From positions 16,306,001 to 16,370,000 of the forward strand of contig JBHGNT010000015.1 in NCBI GenBank assembly GCA_043228905.1: a DNA stretch of 64,000 bases, given 5' to 3'. The first letter of the stretch is position 1. Each line of letters opens with the position of its first letter. The position numbers and the translations under genes are program-made. Source of the stretch: Azolla caroliniana. Lineage: Eukaryota; Plantae; Polypodiophyta. A model generated the notes under the pieces. That model made no database searches. It was not told the DNA's origin and saw nothing but the letters and a program-made list of their open reading frames with translations. Positions 37,201-47,971 of the stretch are shown here, one piece after another.

Positions 37201-39657
37201 GTCCCGACCGGCAAGGGACCGGTTAGCACTCGAGGATCCGGCCGAAGACGGTGAAGAAACAGAACCGGCCGAGGAAGATGAAACTGATACCGGAACCGGC
37301 CCCGATCCCGAAATGGATTCGGATGAAGAGGAAACGGAGGAGCCGGTTACCGAAGCTCCGGAACGGAGATATCCTCTAAGAGAGAGAAGGGCCCCCCGGA
37401 GATTTCCGGAACCAGAGCACGTGCTGCTAACCGACGAGGGGGAGCCGGAGAGTTTTGAAGAAGCAAAGCTTGACACCCATAGCCGCAGGTGGTTAAGTGC
37501 CATGCAGGAGGAGATGGATTCCCTGCATGAGAACCACACATATGAACTTGTGGAGTTGCCGAAAGGAAAGCGGGCACTTCGAAACAAGTGGGTGTTCAAG
37601 CTGAAACCGGGAGATGCCGGAAACCCCCCGAGATACAAAGCCAGGATCGTGGTGAAGGGGTTCCAGCAGAAGAAGGGCGTCGACTTCGACGAGATATTTG
37701 CCCCGGTAGTGAAGATGACCTCCATCCGGACGGTGCTGAGCATAGCGGCAAGCATGGACCTCGAGGTAGAACAGATGGACGTGAAGACGGCATTCCTTCA
37801 CGGTGACCTCGAAGAAGAGATCTACATGCAGCAACCGGAAGGATTCGAGAAGAAAGGGAAGGAGCACCTGGTATGCCGGTTGAAGAAGAGCCTTTACGGA
37901 CTGAAGCAGGCTCCCCGGCAATGGTACCGGAAGTTCGACTCTTTCATGACCGACGAAGGGTACCACAAAACGCAGTCCGATCACTGCGTGTTTGTGAAGA
38001 AGTTCGAAGGAGGAGACTTTCTAATACTCCTCCTGTACGTGGACGACATGTTGATCGTCGGACGGGACCAGGTCAAGATACGGATGCTGAAGAAAGCGCT
38101 TCACCGAACCTTCTCAATGAAGGACCTGGGTCCGGCGAGGCAAATATTAGGGATGCACATCATCCGGGACCGGAAGAAGAAGCAGTTGTGGCTGTCACAG
38201 GAGAAGTACGTGACAAAGGTGCTTCACCGGTTCAACATGTCGGAAGCAAGACCGGTCGGGTCAACCCTCCCGGCAAACTGCAAGTTGTCCAGCAAGCAAA
38301 GCCCCAAGACAAAGGCTGAGAAGGAGGACATGATGAAAGTACCATATGCCTCTGCCGTCGGAAGCTTGATGTACGCAATGGTGTGTACAAGACCGGACAT
38401 AGGATATGCAGTCGGAGTGGTGAGCCGGTACATGAGCAATCCCGACAAAGAGCACTGGAACGCGGCCAAGTGGATACTCCGATACCTGAAGGGCACGGCA
38501 AACATGTGCCTCTGATTCGGCTCCGGTAAGCCCGAACTCGACGGCTTTACCGATTCGGATATGTCGGCTGATGCAGATACCAGCCGGTCCACATCAGGGT
38601 ATGTGATGACGTATGCAGGGGGAGCTGTTTCGTGGCAGTCGAGGCTGCAGAAGACGGTTGCGTTGTCAACCACGGAGGCGGAGTACATGGCGGCTGTTGA
38701 AGCCGGCAAGGAAATAATATGGATGAAGGACTTCATTAGAGAGCTCGGTATCCGGCAGGAGGAGTACCGACTCTACTGCGACAGTCAGAGTGCCATCCAC
38801 CTTGCGAAGAATGCGGCCTATCACTCCCGGACGAAGCACATCCAGCGAAGATATCACTGGATCCGGGAAAGGATAGAAGACCAGGAGTTCGTGCTGACGA
38901 AGATCCACACGGACGAGAACGAGTCAGATATGCTGACCAAAGTGCTCACACCCGACAAGCTGGAAGCGTGCCGGAAGAGGGTCGGACTGGAAAGACATCC
39001 CATGCCGAAGTGAAGGGGGAGTTTGTTGGGATTACGGTCCCTCCGGATGGGATGGTCAGATGTCCGGGAATCGGGAATGAAGACCCGAATGAGGAGTACC
39101 CGGTATCGGAACCGGATGATGAAGACCCGGTTTCGGATCCGGATGATGAAGACCCCGACTACGGAGCCGGATGACGAATGTACCCGGAGAGAGATCCGGA
39201 TGCGGGGACATATTTGTGAATATGTTTGCCAAGGGCCCTCTAGGCTATATTTGTAAATAGCCCGAAAGTCATATGTGTATAAATATGACTTAGGGCAAAC
39301 AGTTTTGTAGTTGTTGCTCATTTTTCTGTTTTCCACTTAGAGGGAGCGAAGTGAGAGCAGCCGAGAGAGAGTGAGAGAGAGAGAGAAAGGAAGAGGTCGA
39401 CGCCTCTGTGTAATACCGCCGCCTGTGGCGAGGACAGCGAACTCAAGGTCGTCGCCTTGCAGCTCGCCATTGTACATTCCCTGCGTATAGTGATAGTTGG
39501 AGTCTTGCACTCCCATGGTTTTTCCCGTCTAGGGTTTTCCACGCTAAACCCTGTGCATTCGAGTCTCTCTCTGTGTTTTCGATTTACTGCTGCATTGACT
39601 CGTGTTTCCTCGGTTGTGGCCGAGAGGTGAAGGTTTTGAAAGCGTCAATTTCTAACA
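34275..39657 (+). mobile_element. Copia element E (Tnt1/Tork-like), full length and young, inserted in Gypsy C RT
   Basis: 634-bp LTRs 34275-34908 and 39024-39657 with about 4 visible differences; TSD GATAC; PBS TGGTATCAGAGC 34912-34923; PPT GAAGGGGGAG before the 3' LTR. Confidence 0.97.
34940..39013 (+). pseudogene. Copia E gag-pol polyprotein, single frame with two premature TGA stops
   Basis: ORFs 34931-36913, 36947-38515 and 38561-39013 share one frame; stops at 36911-36913 and 38513-38515. CCHC knuckle, DSGA, integrase, YVDD and RNase H motifs present. Confidence 0.93.
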
Positions 39658-39709
39658 GATACAACATACCCCAAAAATTCCACTTGATTCTGGCCAAAAC
39701 TACACTTTT

Positions 39710-41017
39710 CTAATTTTGCGTAGAGACCATATTCTCGGAGTCGACGCAGTACCTGACGAACATGTTCTCATGCTCCTCTTGGGTCTTTGAGTAGATTAAA
39801 ATATCATCTAGGTAAAATATAGTGAAGATATCAAGAAAATCTCGAAAAATATCGTTCACCATATGTTGGAAAACAGCAGGTGCATTCGTGAGACCGAATG
39901 GCATCACTGTATACTCAAAATGTCCATAGCCAGTGCGGAAAGCTGTCTTCCATTCATCCCTCGAGCGAATCCGAACTAGATTATATGCTCCGCGAAGGTC
40001 CAACTTCGTGAAATATTTTGCACCACTGAGACGTTCCAAAAGATTCGGGATTAATGGTAGAGCATATCTATTCCGGATAGTCACTTTGTTTAGCCCTCGA
40101 TAATCCACGACCAACCGAAGAGTCCCATTCTTCTTCTTAACGAAGAAGATAGGTGCACCAGCAGGGGATCTAGAATGCCGAATGAATCCGTTTGCCAGAT
40201 TCTCATCAATATATTCCCGCAAAGTCTCTAGCTCTACAGGGGAGAGATTATAAATTGGGCCCCATGGAGGTTCTTTCCTTGGTTGTAAGTCAATAGGGTA
40301 GTCGTATGGCCGATGCTCTGGCAATGTATTGGCCTTCACCTTATCAAAGACATCTGAAAAGTCCTTGTATTTCTCTGGTAGTTTAATGTCCACTTCACGT
40401 GAAGTGGATGATGGAGTTGGTATTATTGCGAAGACGAACATGGCCTCGTTCCCCCCTTCCTCCCGCAACTGTCGTAAAGAGATGGGTGATAACTCCGGGG
40501 ATCTATTATCACATGTAGGAGAGAGGGATGCGGGGTTTGTGCTTTTTTCCTGGGTCTCCTCAATTGTTCTTTTCATCCAATCAATCTTCGGGTTATGGAG
40601 TTCAAACCAAGGGAGACCTAGAACTATTGGGTGTTCCAGACTACGAATAATGTTGAAAGAGATTATGCTTGCCAAATTGCCAAGAACTATCCTAATTGGC
40701 TCGGACTCCTCGACTATATCTCCTGATGCTATGGGACGTCCATCAATGACTCCTACGGCTGCTTGGCTGGGAAGCTTATTCAAGAGGATGTTTTGTGACA
40801 AGGCAAATTCACGATCCATGAAACAAGAGTTGGCTCCAGAATCTAGAAGGGCAGAGGCTAGGACTCGATGACATGTAGATGTGGTAAGCTTGACTTGTGC
40901 TGAAAAAACTCGACTCACTTGATTTGATGAAATGGAACCACGACTAGGAACTAACTCTACATAGCTAGGATGGTCCAACCAAATGGCTCCTATTTTGGCC
41001 GGACTTACTCGTTTAAC
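39710..41017 (-). pseudogene. Gypsy C pol: aspartic protease and reverse transcriptase (continues past Copia E into RNase H at ~33620-34270)
   Basis: [35 protein letters not shown] and YLDD; frameshift near 39760. Confidence 0.93.
40973..41017 (-). promoter_or_regulatory. Predicted -1 ribosomal frameshift signal at the gag/pol junction
   Basis: G_TTA_AAC (41011-41017), a 6-nt spacer containing the gag stop, and an 11-bp stem (40994-41004 / 40973-40983). The -1 frame enters the pol ORF. Confidence 0.75.
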
Positions 41018-42124
41018 ACATCCTCTAATTGACTCAAGACATCGAATCTATTCTCATGGCATGGACTATGAGGCTTATTTATGTTATTAGAAGTAACAAT
41101 AGAACTCGATGTAGGGTTTTCATGGGCACTTGGTATACTTGACGCTTAGGTTTATGTGGACAATTTACAGCTATATGTCCTGGATCGCCACAATATAGGC
41201 AGAGGTGATGTGCTCGACGTCGTTGCTTCTTAGCATCTAATAACGGCCCACGACGTTGTGTTGACTCTATTTCCATCAGAGTTGGGCCATCCCTTGCAAT
41301 GGGTCTAGAAACTTGTGGAGGCGTTGCGACTAGGAAGCGTAAGTCAGCTCAGGTTGGCAGCGTAACATTTGTTGGCGCTCAGAACGTCGCTCAAATAGGC
41401 GATTATCACATCGCACAACTCGACTAATGGCTTCTGTAAGTGACTTCGGATCTTCAGGGAAAGTAAGAAGAAGATCTTTGACATCATTTCTCAAAACTTG
41501 ACGGAATTGATCCATTAAGGCCGCCTCATCCCAAGGGATATCGCATGCCAAGAGACGGAAATCGGCTACATAAGCTGACGCGGGACGATCTCCTTGTTGG
41601 AGCCTTCGAATCTTGTTTATCGTTGTCCTAGTGCTGTCGGTGTCTCCGAAACTAGCTTGAAACTCTTTAACAAATGCCTCGAAATCCTCCAGCAATGGTG
41701 ATTTCTTCTCGAGAAGTGGTGTGAACCATGCAAACGCCGTACCGCATAGCAAAGTTCCCACTAATCCCACACGAGCTGCATCAGTTGGATACCGATTGGG
41801 ATGTAGCTGAATAACTAGACGAACTTGATTCAAAAAGCCTCGAAATAAAGACCTCGTACCATCAAACTTGGCTGGGAGGCTGATCTTTGGCTCTCTAGGG
41901 GAGTTCTGAGCCCCCGACGCTTGCTCTCGTAATGACAATATAGTCGCCTCGAGTTGATGAACCCGCTGTGATAACTCTTCATATTGTTGAGCTTTTTCGG
42001 CGCTCACGTGTTGTAGATCTGCAAGTAGCCTTTGATTCTCATGCTCTAATGCCACAAATTTATTCGTGGGCATGTCGAGCTCAGAATGAACACGCATGTA
42101 TTCTTCTTTGCTCACGGACTCCAT
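41005..42124 (-). pseudogene. Gypsy C gag (coiled coil, capsid, CCHC knuckle), disrupted
   Basis: PKISLPAKFDG, LQQGDRPASAY..F and CLYCGDPGHIAVNC; ends [15 protein letters not shown]. Confidence 0.88.
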
Positions 42125-42198
42125 AGCTTACGAGGGGAGAGGAGAAGGAAGAAGAGAACTTGTTAGGGTTTGTGGAAGACGAAGAGATGAAAGAAAAA

Positions 42199-42210
42199 AA
42201 ATTGGTTCAA
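42199..42210 (-). promoter_or_regulatory. Self-priming type primer-binding site
   Basis: TTGAACCAATTT lies 2 nt after the 5' LTR, lacks TGG, and is the exact complement of LTR positions 42325-42336. Confidence 0.8.
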
Positions 42211-42361
42211 ACTGTCAAGACTGAGAGAGAAAAAGAGAGAGAAAAACAGATAGAGAGATAATTGAAAGAGAATTATTATATTGAAGCGTAAAATGGATTA
42301 CAAAGAGTAGGCTACAAAATGGTGTTGAACCAATTTAGGTTTGGGATGGGTGATAGATCCC

Positions 42362-42550
42362 TATTTATAAGTAATAGAGAACACTCTAGAATATTCTAGG
42401 TTATCCTAGAATGTAGAGTAATCTAGAAGATCTCTACAGTATTCTAGAAGGTTCTAGTGGTATAGAACACTCTAGAATATTCTAGGTCATTCTAGAATGT
42501 AGAGTAATATAGAATATTCCTATGATATTAGATTTCATATTCTAGAGACT
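42362..42550 (-). promoter_or_regulatory. LTR promoter: TATA box plus heat-shock-element array (duplicated at ~31666-31850)
   Basis: TATAAATA at 42362-42369 (minus strand). Upstream alternating nGAAn/nTTCn units include a perfect ATTCTAGAAGGTTCT at 42441-42455 (31745-31759 in the other LTR). Confidence 0.7.
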
Positions 42551-45498
42551 ATACATATAAGAATATTAATACAATGGTTAAGGATTTGATATGTGTACAA
42601 CAAGGTCGTGGGTTCAAATCCTTTCGAGTCATAATGTGAGTGTCATGATCCTTTGGATGCATGATGTGAGTGTTATCATGACACACTAGCCTCATCCTCT
42701 GGTATTGGGTCGGGGTCGGAAGTCGGAGTTGGTAAGGCATACGATGATGCCATCTCATCAAACTCAACATCCCGGCTAACTTGGACCTACTTCGTCCGGG
42801 GGTTATAACATTTATACCCCTTTTGCTCATGCGAGTAACCGACTAGGATGCATTTTTCCAACTTTGCATCCAACTTCCTCCGCTTCTCATCCGGCATATG
42901 CACATATGCAATGCCACAAAATATCCGAAGGTGTCGCAAATTCGGCTTGCGGCCGAAATACAACTCATGCGCGGACACCTTGTCACCGATCCGGTTTTGA
43001 ATATAGACGGTCATCTGGACCGCCTCCGCCCAGTAGAAATGGGGCATGCTCTTCTCTTCCAGCATTGCCCTTGCCGCGTTGATAAGCAAGCGGTTCTTCC
43101 TCTCAGCTACACCGTTTTGTTCCGGTGTGTATCTGCAACTGAACTCTCGCCGAATTCCTTTTTGCTGTAGATAACTATTGAATTGGCCAGAAAAATATTC
43201 TTTTTCGCCATCCAATAGCATGCACTTGATCTTTCTCTCTGATTCCCGCTGCACCATGCTTTGGAGGTTCCGGAAACAGTCTAAGACTTCTCTCTTTCGC
43301 TCAATGAGGTAGATCCATGTGTGCCGGTTGTAGTCGTCGATGAAGGAGACGAAATATCGACTCCCGCCAAGACTTACGTTCTGTACCGGTTCCCATACAT
43401 CCAAATGAATAAGGTCGAGCTTGTTACGGCTACCGTTTCGCTCGGTGGGGAATGGAAGCTGGTGTTGCTTCCCAAGTTGGCAGGCTTCACATACATGGGC
43501 CTTCCGGCCATTGAACTTCGGCAAACCAAAAACAACTTGTTTCGTTTGCAAGTCTTGAAGCTGTCGGTAATTGACGTGGCCGATCCGCTTGTGCCAGAGA
43601 TCAATATCTGATTCAATCTTCTGTCCTTTGACAAACAACGCGGTGCCGACATCATTGGTCTTGAGGATGAACATCCTCCCGTCTCTGCGCCCTTGCGTAA
43701 TGATTTGGCCCTCTTCCTCGATGAAGCACCCGAGGTGCGTAAACCGCACCTACATCCCCTGGTCGACAATCTATCCAACCGACACCAGGTTCTTCGTGAT
43801 AATCGGAATGTGTAATACGTTCATTAGCTTCCCCCTCTGTCCGACGTGGCTCAAAGGGACTTCTCCGATATGCACGATTCGGTGAGGAGTGTCGTCTCCG
43901 GTTTCGACAACTCCCGGTTGTTCTGGTTTCTCTAGGAAGGAGAACCACTCTTTATGGCTCGTCATGTGATTTGATGCACCGGAATCAACATACCATACTT
44001 CCTCCGATTTGGAAGTGGTCTTCTTCATCGAATTTGCCTCATGCTTCATCACCAAGGTTGGCCCCTTATCGGTCTTCCCGGTTCCGGATCCTTTTGATCC
44101 TTGTGCGTAATGCGAGCTTTGCCGGTTCTCCCGACTGGTTTTGCCGGATCCAGATTTGTCCGAATCGGCGCGCTTCTTCCAGCAGTCGCTTTCTCTATGG
44201 CCCTTTTTGCCATAGTACCAGCATTCCGTGGTGGATTTTTCTTGTCGGCCTCCAACGCCGCCTTGACTCCCCCTGCTTGTGGAAGTCTTGGAACTGTTGT
44301 CGGCACGTTCTCTGTGCCTTCTTTCCTGCTCTTGTCGGCCGCCTCCAGTGTGTGCCGACCCACCTCGTCCCCCACACCCACGGGGCCTATCCACCTCCGT
44401 GTACAATATCCGGTTGTCCGATTGAGTGGTCTTGGACCCACTCGCGTGGTTTTCTTCGACCATCAGCATCGATTGCAAGTCCAAGAAGGTCGGTGGTTTC
44501 TCGAGGGTGCAGATCGTTGTCCGGATTGGCCCGTACCTTTGCACTAGACCACCAAGGCAGATTTGTACCATTTCGTCTTTGTCCACTGTCACGTTAATGG
44601 ACCCAAGCACGTCGCAACTCTCCTTTATTTTGGTGGTGTAGTCCGTAACCGACATATGTCTTTGTCGGATGTTGTTCAACTCTTGCCGGAGCTGCAACTT
44701 ACGGGTTGTGGTACTTGCGGCGAAAATCTTACGCAGATTTTCCCAAGCCTCCTTTGGCGTCTTTGCATCCCTAATGTAGCCGAGCATCTAGCACACAGGA
44801 CGCGAGACAATATAATACTCAGTCGCTCCTTGCTCCCATACCGGGAAGTCCTTGTGTCCAGGCTCTAGTGCTACCTCATTCGTTCCTTCCACAAAACTCC
44901 AATACCCATGCCCCAGTAGGTACTGGTGCATTTTGTATGATCAAGATGTGTAGTTGCTCCGGTCAAGCTTCTCTATAGGAAGCGAACTCGACATACCTCT
45001 GTCCATATTTTATTTTTTCTCTGTCTACTGTTCTCTTCTCACAACTTGTAGGGTTTGTCTTGCGAAAGCGAATGTCGGCTGTAGAGGTCTTCAACCCTCG
45101 CACTCTGATACCACATTAAAACATATGTGTGGAAGTGTAAGACAACAGCTTGGTTGCGTAGCTGTAGAGAGAAAGAGAGAGAGAGAATAATACACAAAAT
45201 ACAGAGAGTACTCGGGAGAGACAGAGAGAGCAGAACAATAATCTAAATTCAGAAATTATATCAACACTCTATACATGAAACGTGCTCAACAACACTATTT
45301 TTACAAGTCCTGAGAGGACTGACAGAAGTACCACGTACTTCAATGCTCACTCGAGCGTCTGGCACTGACTACGAGACTATTAACTCCCTAGTAGTCTAGC
45401 TGCTATTAGGCTTCCGGTTCCTTATGGATTCGGCTAACCGGTTCCCCAGCTCACCAGGTCACCAATTCAGCTCATCCTTTCGGATGCCGATCCGGCTA

Positions 45499-45598
45499 NN
45501 NNNNNNNNNNNNNNNNNNNNNNNNNNNNNNNNNNNNNNNNNNNNNNNNNNNNNNNNNNNNNNNNNNNNNNNNNNNNNNNNNNNNNNNNNNNNNNNNNN
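45499..45598. other. Assembly gap (100 N)
   Basis: Run of N. Confidence 1.
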
Positions 45599-47971
45599 AC
45601 TTCCAACAGAGAAGCTCGACCGGAGCAAATATGCGTCTTGGTCATATAAAATGCACCAATACTTGTTGGGGGCATGGTTATTGGAGCTACGTGGAAGGAA
45701 CTAACGAGGTAGCACCGAAGACGACACACAATGACTTCCTGGTATGGGAGCAAGGAGCGAGCCGAGTATTCTATTGCCTCGTGTCTTGTGTGCACAATAA
45801 GATGCTCGGCTACATAAAGGATGCAAAGACGCCGAAGGAGGCCTGGGAAAATCTACGGAAGATTTTCACCGTGAGTACCACAACCCGTAAGTTGTAGCTC
45901 GGCAAGAGTTGAACAACATCCGGCAAAGAGACATGTCGGTTACGGATTACACCACCAAAATAAAGGAGATTTGTGACGCACTTGGTCCATCAACGTGACG
46001 GTGGACAAAGATGAGATGGTACAAATCTGCCTCGGTGGTCTAGCGCAAAGGTACGGGCCAATCCGAACAACGATATGCACCCGGGAGAAGCCACCATCCT
46101 TCTTCGACTTGCAATCAATTCTAATGATTAGAAAAAACCGCGTGAGTGGATCTAGGACCACACCATCGGACGGCCGGATGTTTGTACATGGAGATAGATC
46201 GGCCCCCATGGACGTGGTGGACGAGGTGGGTCGGCACGCAATGGAGGCGGCCGGCAAGAGCAGGACCGAAGGCACAAAGGTAGTGCCGACAGCAACTTCG
46301 GACCCTCCTCAAGCAGGGGAAGTCAAATGGGCACCGGAAGTCGGCAAGGAAAAGCCGACACGGAATGCTGGTATTGCGTAAAAAATGGCCATAGGGAAAG
46401 CGAGTGCTGGAAGAAGCGCGCTGATTCGGACAAATCCGGATCTGGTAAAGCCGGTCGGGAAAACTAGCAAAGCTCGCACTACGCAGAAGGATCGGAAGGA
46501 TCTAGAAGTGGGAAGATCAGTAAAGGGCCAATCTTCATGATGAAGCACAAGGCTAACTCGATGATGAGCCATGAAGAGTGGTTCTCCTTTTTGGAAAACC
46601 GGAACAATCGGGGATTGTCGAAACTGGAGACAACACCCCTTACCCGATTGTGAATGTCGGAGAAGTTCCTTTAAGCCATGTCGAATAAAAGGGGAAATTG
46701 ATGAATGTACTACACATTCCAACTATCACAAAAGAACCTAGTATCGGTTGGACAAATCATCGATAAGGGAATGCACGTGCGGTTTACACACCTCGGGTGC
46801 TTCATCGAGGAAGAAGACCGGATAATTGCGCAAGGGCGCAGAGAAGGAAGGATGTTTATCCTCAACACTAATGACATCAGCACCACCATGTTTGCGAAAG
46901 GGCAGAAGGTCGAGTCGTACATCGACCTGTGGCACAAGCAGATCGGCCACGTCAACTACCGGAGGCTTCCAGACCTGCAATCGAAAGAAGTTGTTTTCGG
47001 TTTGCCGAAATTTGAGAAGCTTGCCAACTCGGGAAGCAACATCGACTTCCATTCCCCACCGAACGAAACCGGAGCCTTAACATGTTCGACTTAATCCACT
47101 CGGATGTATGAGGACCGGCACAGAGTGTTAATCTTAGCGGGAGTCGGTATTTTGTCTCCTTCATCGACGACTATAGCCGAGACAAGTGGATCTACTTCAT
47201 GGAACGGAAGAGCGAAGTCTTTGAATGTTTCCGGAACTTGCAAAGCTTAGTTGAACAGGAAACGGAGAGGAAGATCAAGTGTCTGTGGTCGGATGGCAGA
47301 AAATAATACTTTTCCGGCTAGTTCAATGGTTATCTACAACAGAACGGAATTCGGAGAGAATTTAGTTGTAGATACACACCAGAGCAAAACGGTGTGGCCG
47401 AAAGGAAGAACCGGTTGATTGTCGACGTGGCAAGGGCAATGTTGGAGGAGAAAAGCATGCCCCAATTTTACTAGGCTGAGGCGGTTCGGACGGCCATCTA
47501 CATCCAAAACCGGATCGGAGACAAGGTGTCAGCACATGAGTTGTATTTCGGGCGGAAGCCGAATTTGAGGCACCTTCGGATATTCAGCAGCATAGTATAT
47601 GTGCATATACCGGATGAGAAGCGGTAGAAGCTAGATCTGAAGTCGGAGAAATGCATCCTAGTTGGTTATTTGCATGAGCAGAAGGGGTATAAGTGTTATA
47701 ACCCCCGAACTAAACAGGTATGAGTAAGTCGAGATGTCGAGTTTGATGAGTCGGCATCATGGTACACCCTACCGACTCCAACTCCCAATGAGGCTAGTGA
47801 ACCCGAGGAGGTCCAACAAGAAGATGAAGAGTTCGGAACTATAGAAGAGAGTCTGATCTCATTCCGACTAAGAGGGCTGAATGAGCGACTGAGTCGGGAT
47901 GACCAGTCGGATGAAGAACCGGCGAGTAGTGGAGACTCTGTCGTGCTTTGCCCACGCAAGGAACTGAGGAC

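Larger units (their letters stand above)
31529..42683 (-). mobile_element. Ty3/Gypsy chromovirus C (Tcn1/Tf1/sushi-like), inserted in B2
   Basis: LTRs 31529-31987 and 42213-42683; TSD CACTA (31524-31528 and 42684-42688); PPT next to the left LTR. Domain order gag-PR-RT-RH-INT-chromodomain. Confidence 0.95.
28468..45498 (-). mobile_element. Copia element B2 (same family as B1, decayed), inserted in the 5' LTR of B1
   Basis: 3' LTR 28468-28916, PPT 28917-28927, RH/RT ~29550-31380 (YVDD), INT/PR/gag ~42690-45000, PBS 45103-45113. The 5' LTR starts at 45114 and runs into the N gap. Confidence 0.9.

Noticed and set aside
36911-38515. Programmed stop-codon readthrough in Copia E
   Set aside because: Both TGA codons fall inside conserved integrase and RT regions at positions explained by single transitions (likely TGG>TGA and CGA>TGA), i.e. 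ordinary decay.
45424-45897. ORFs containing runs of X
   Set aside because: These are artefacts of translating through the 100-N assembly gap.
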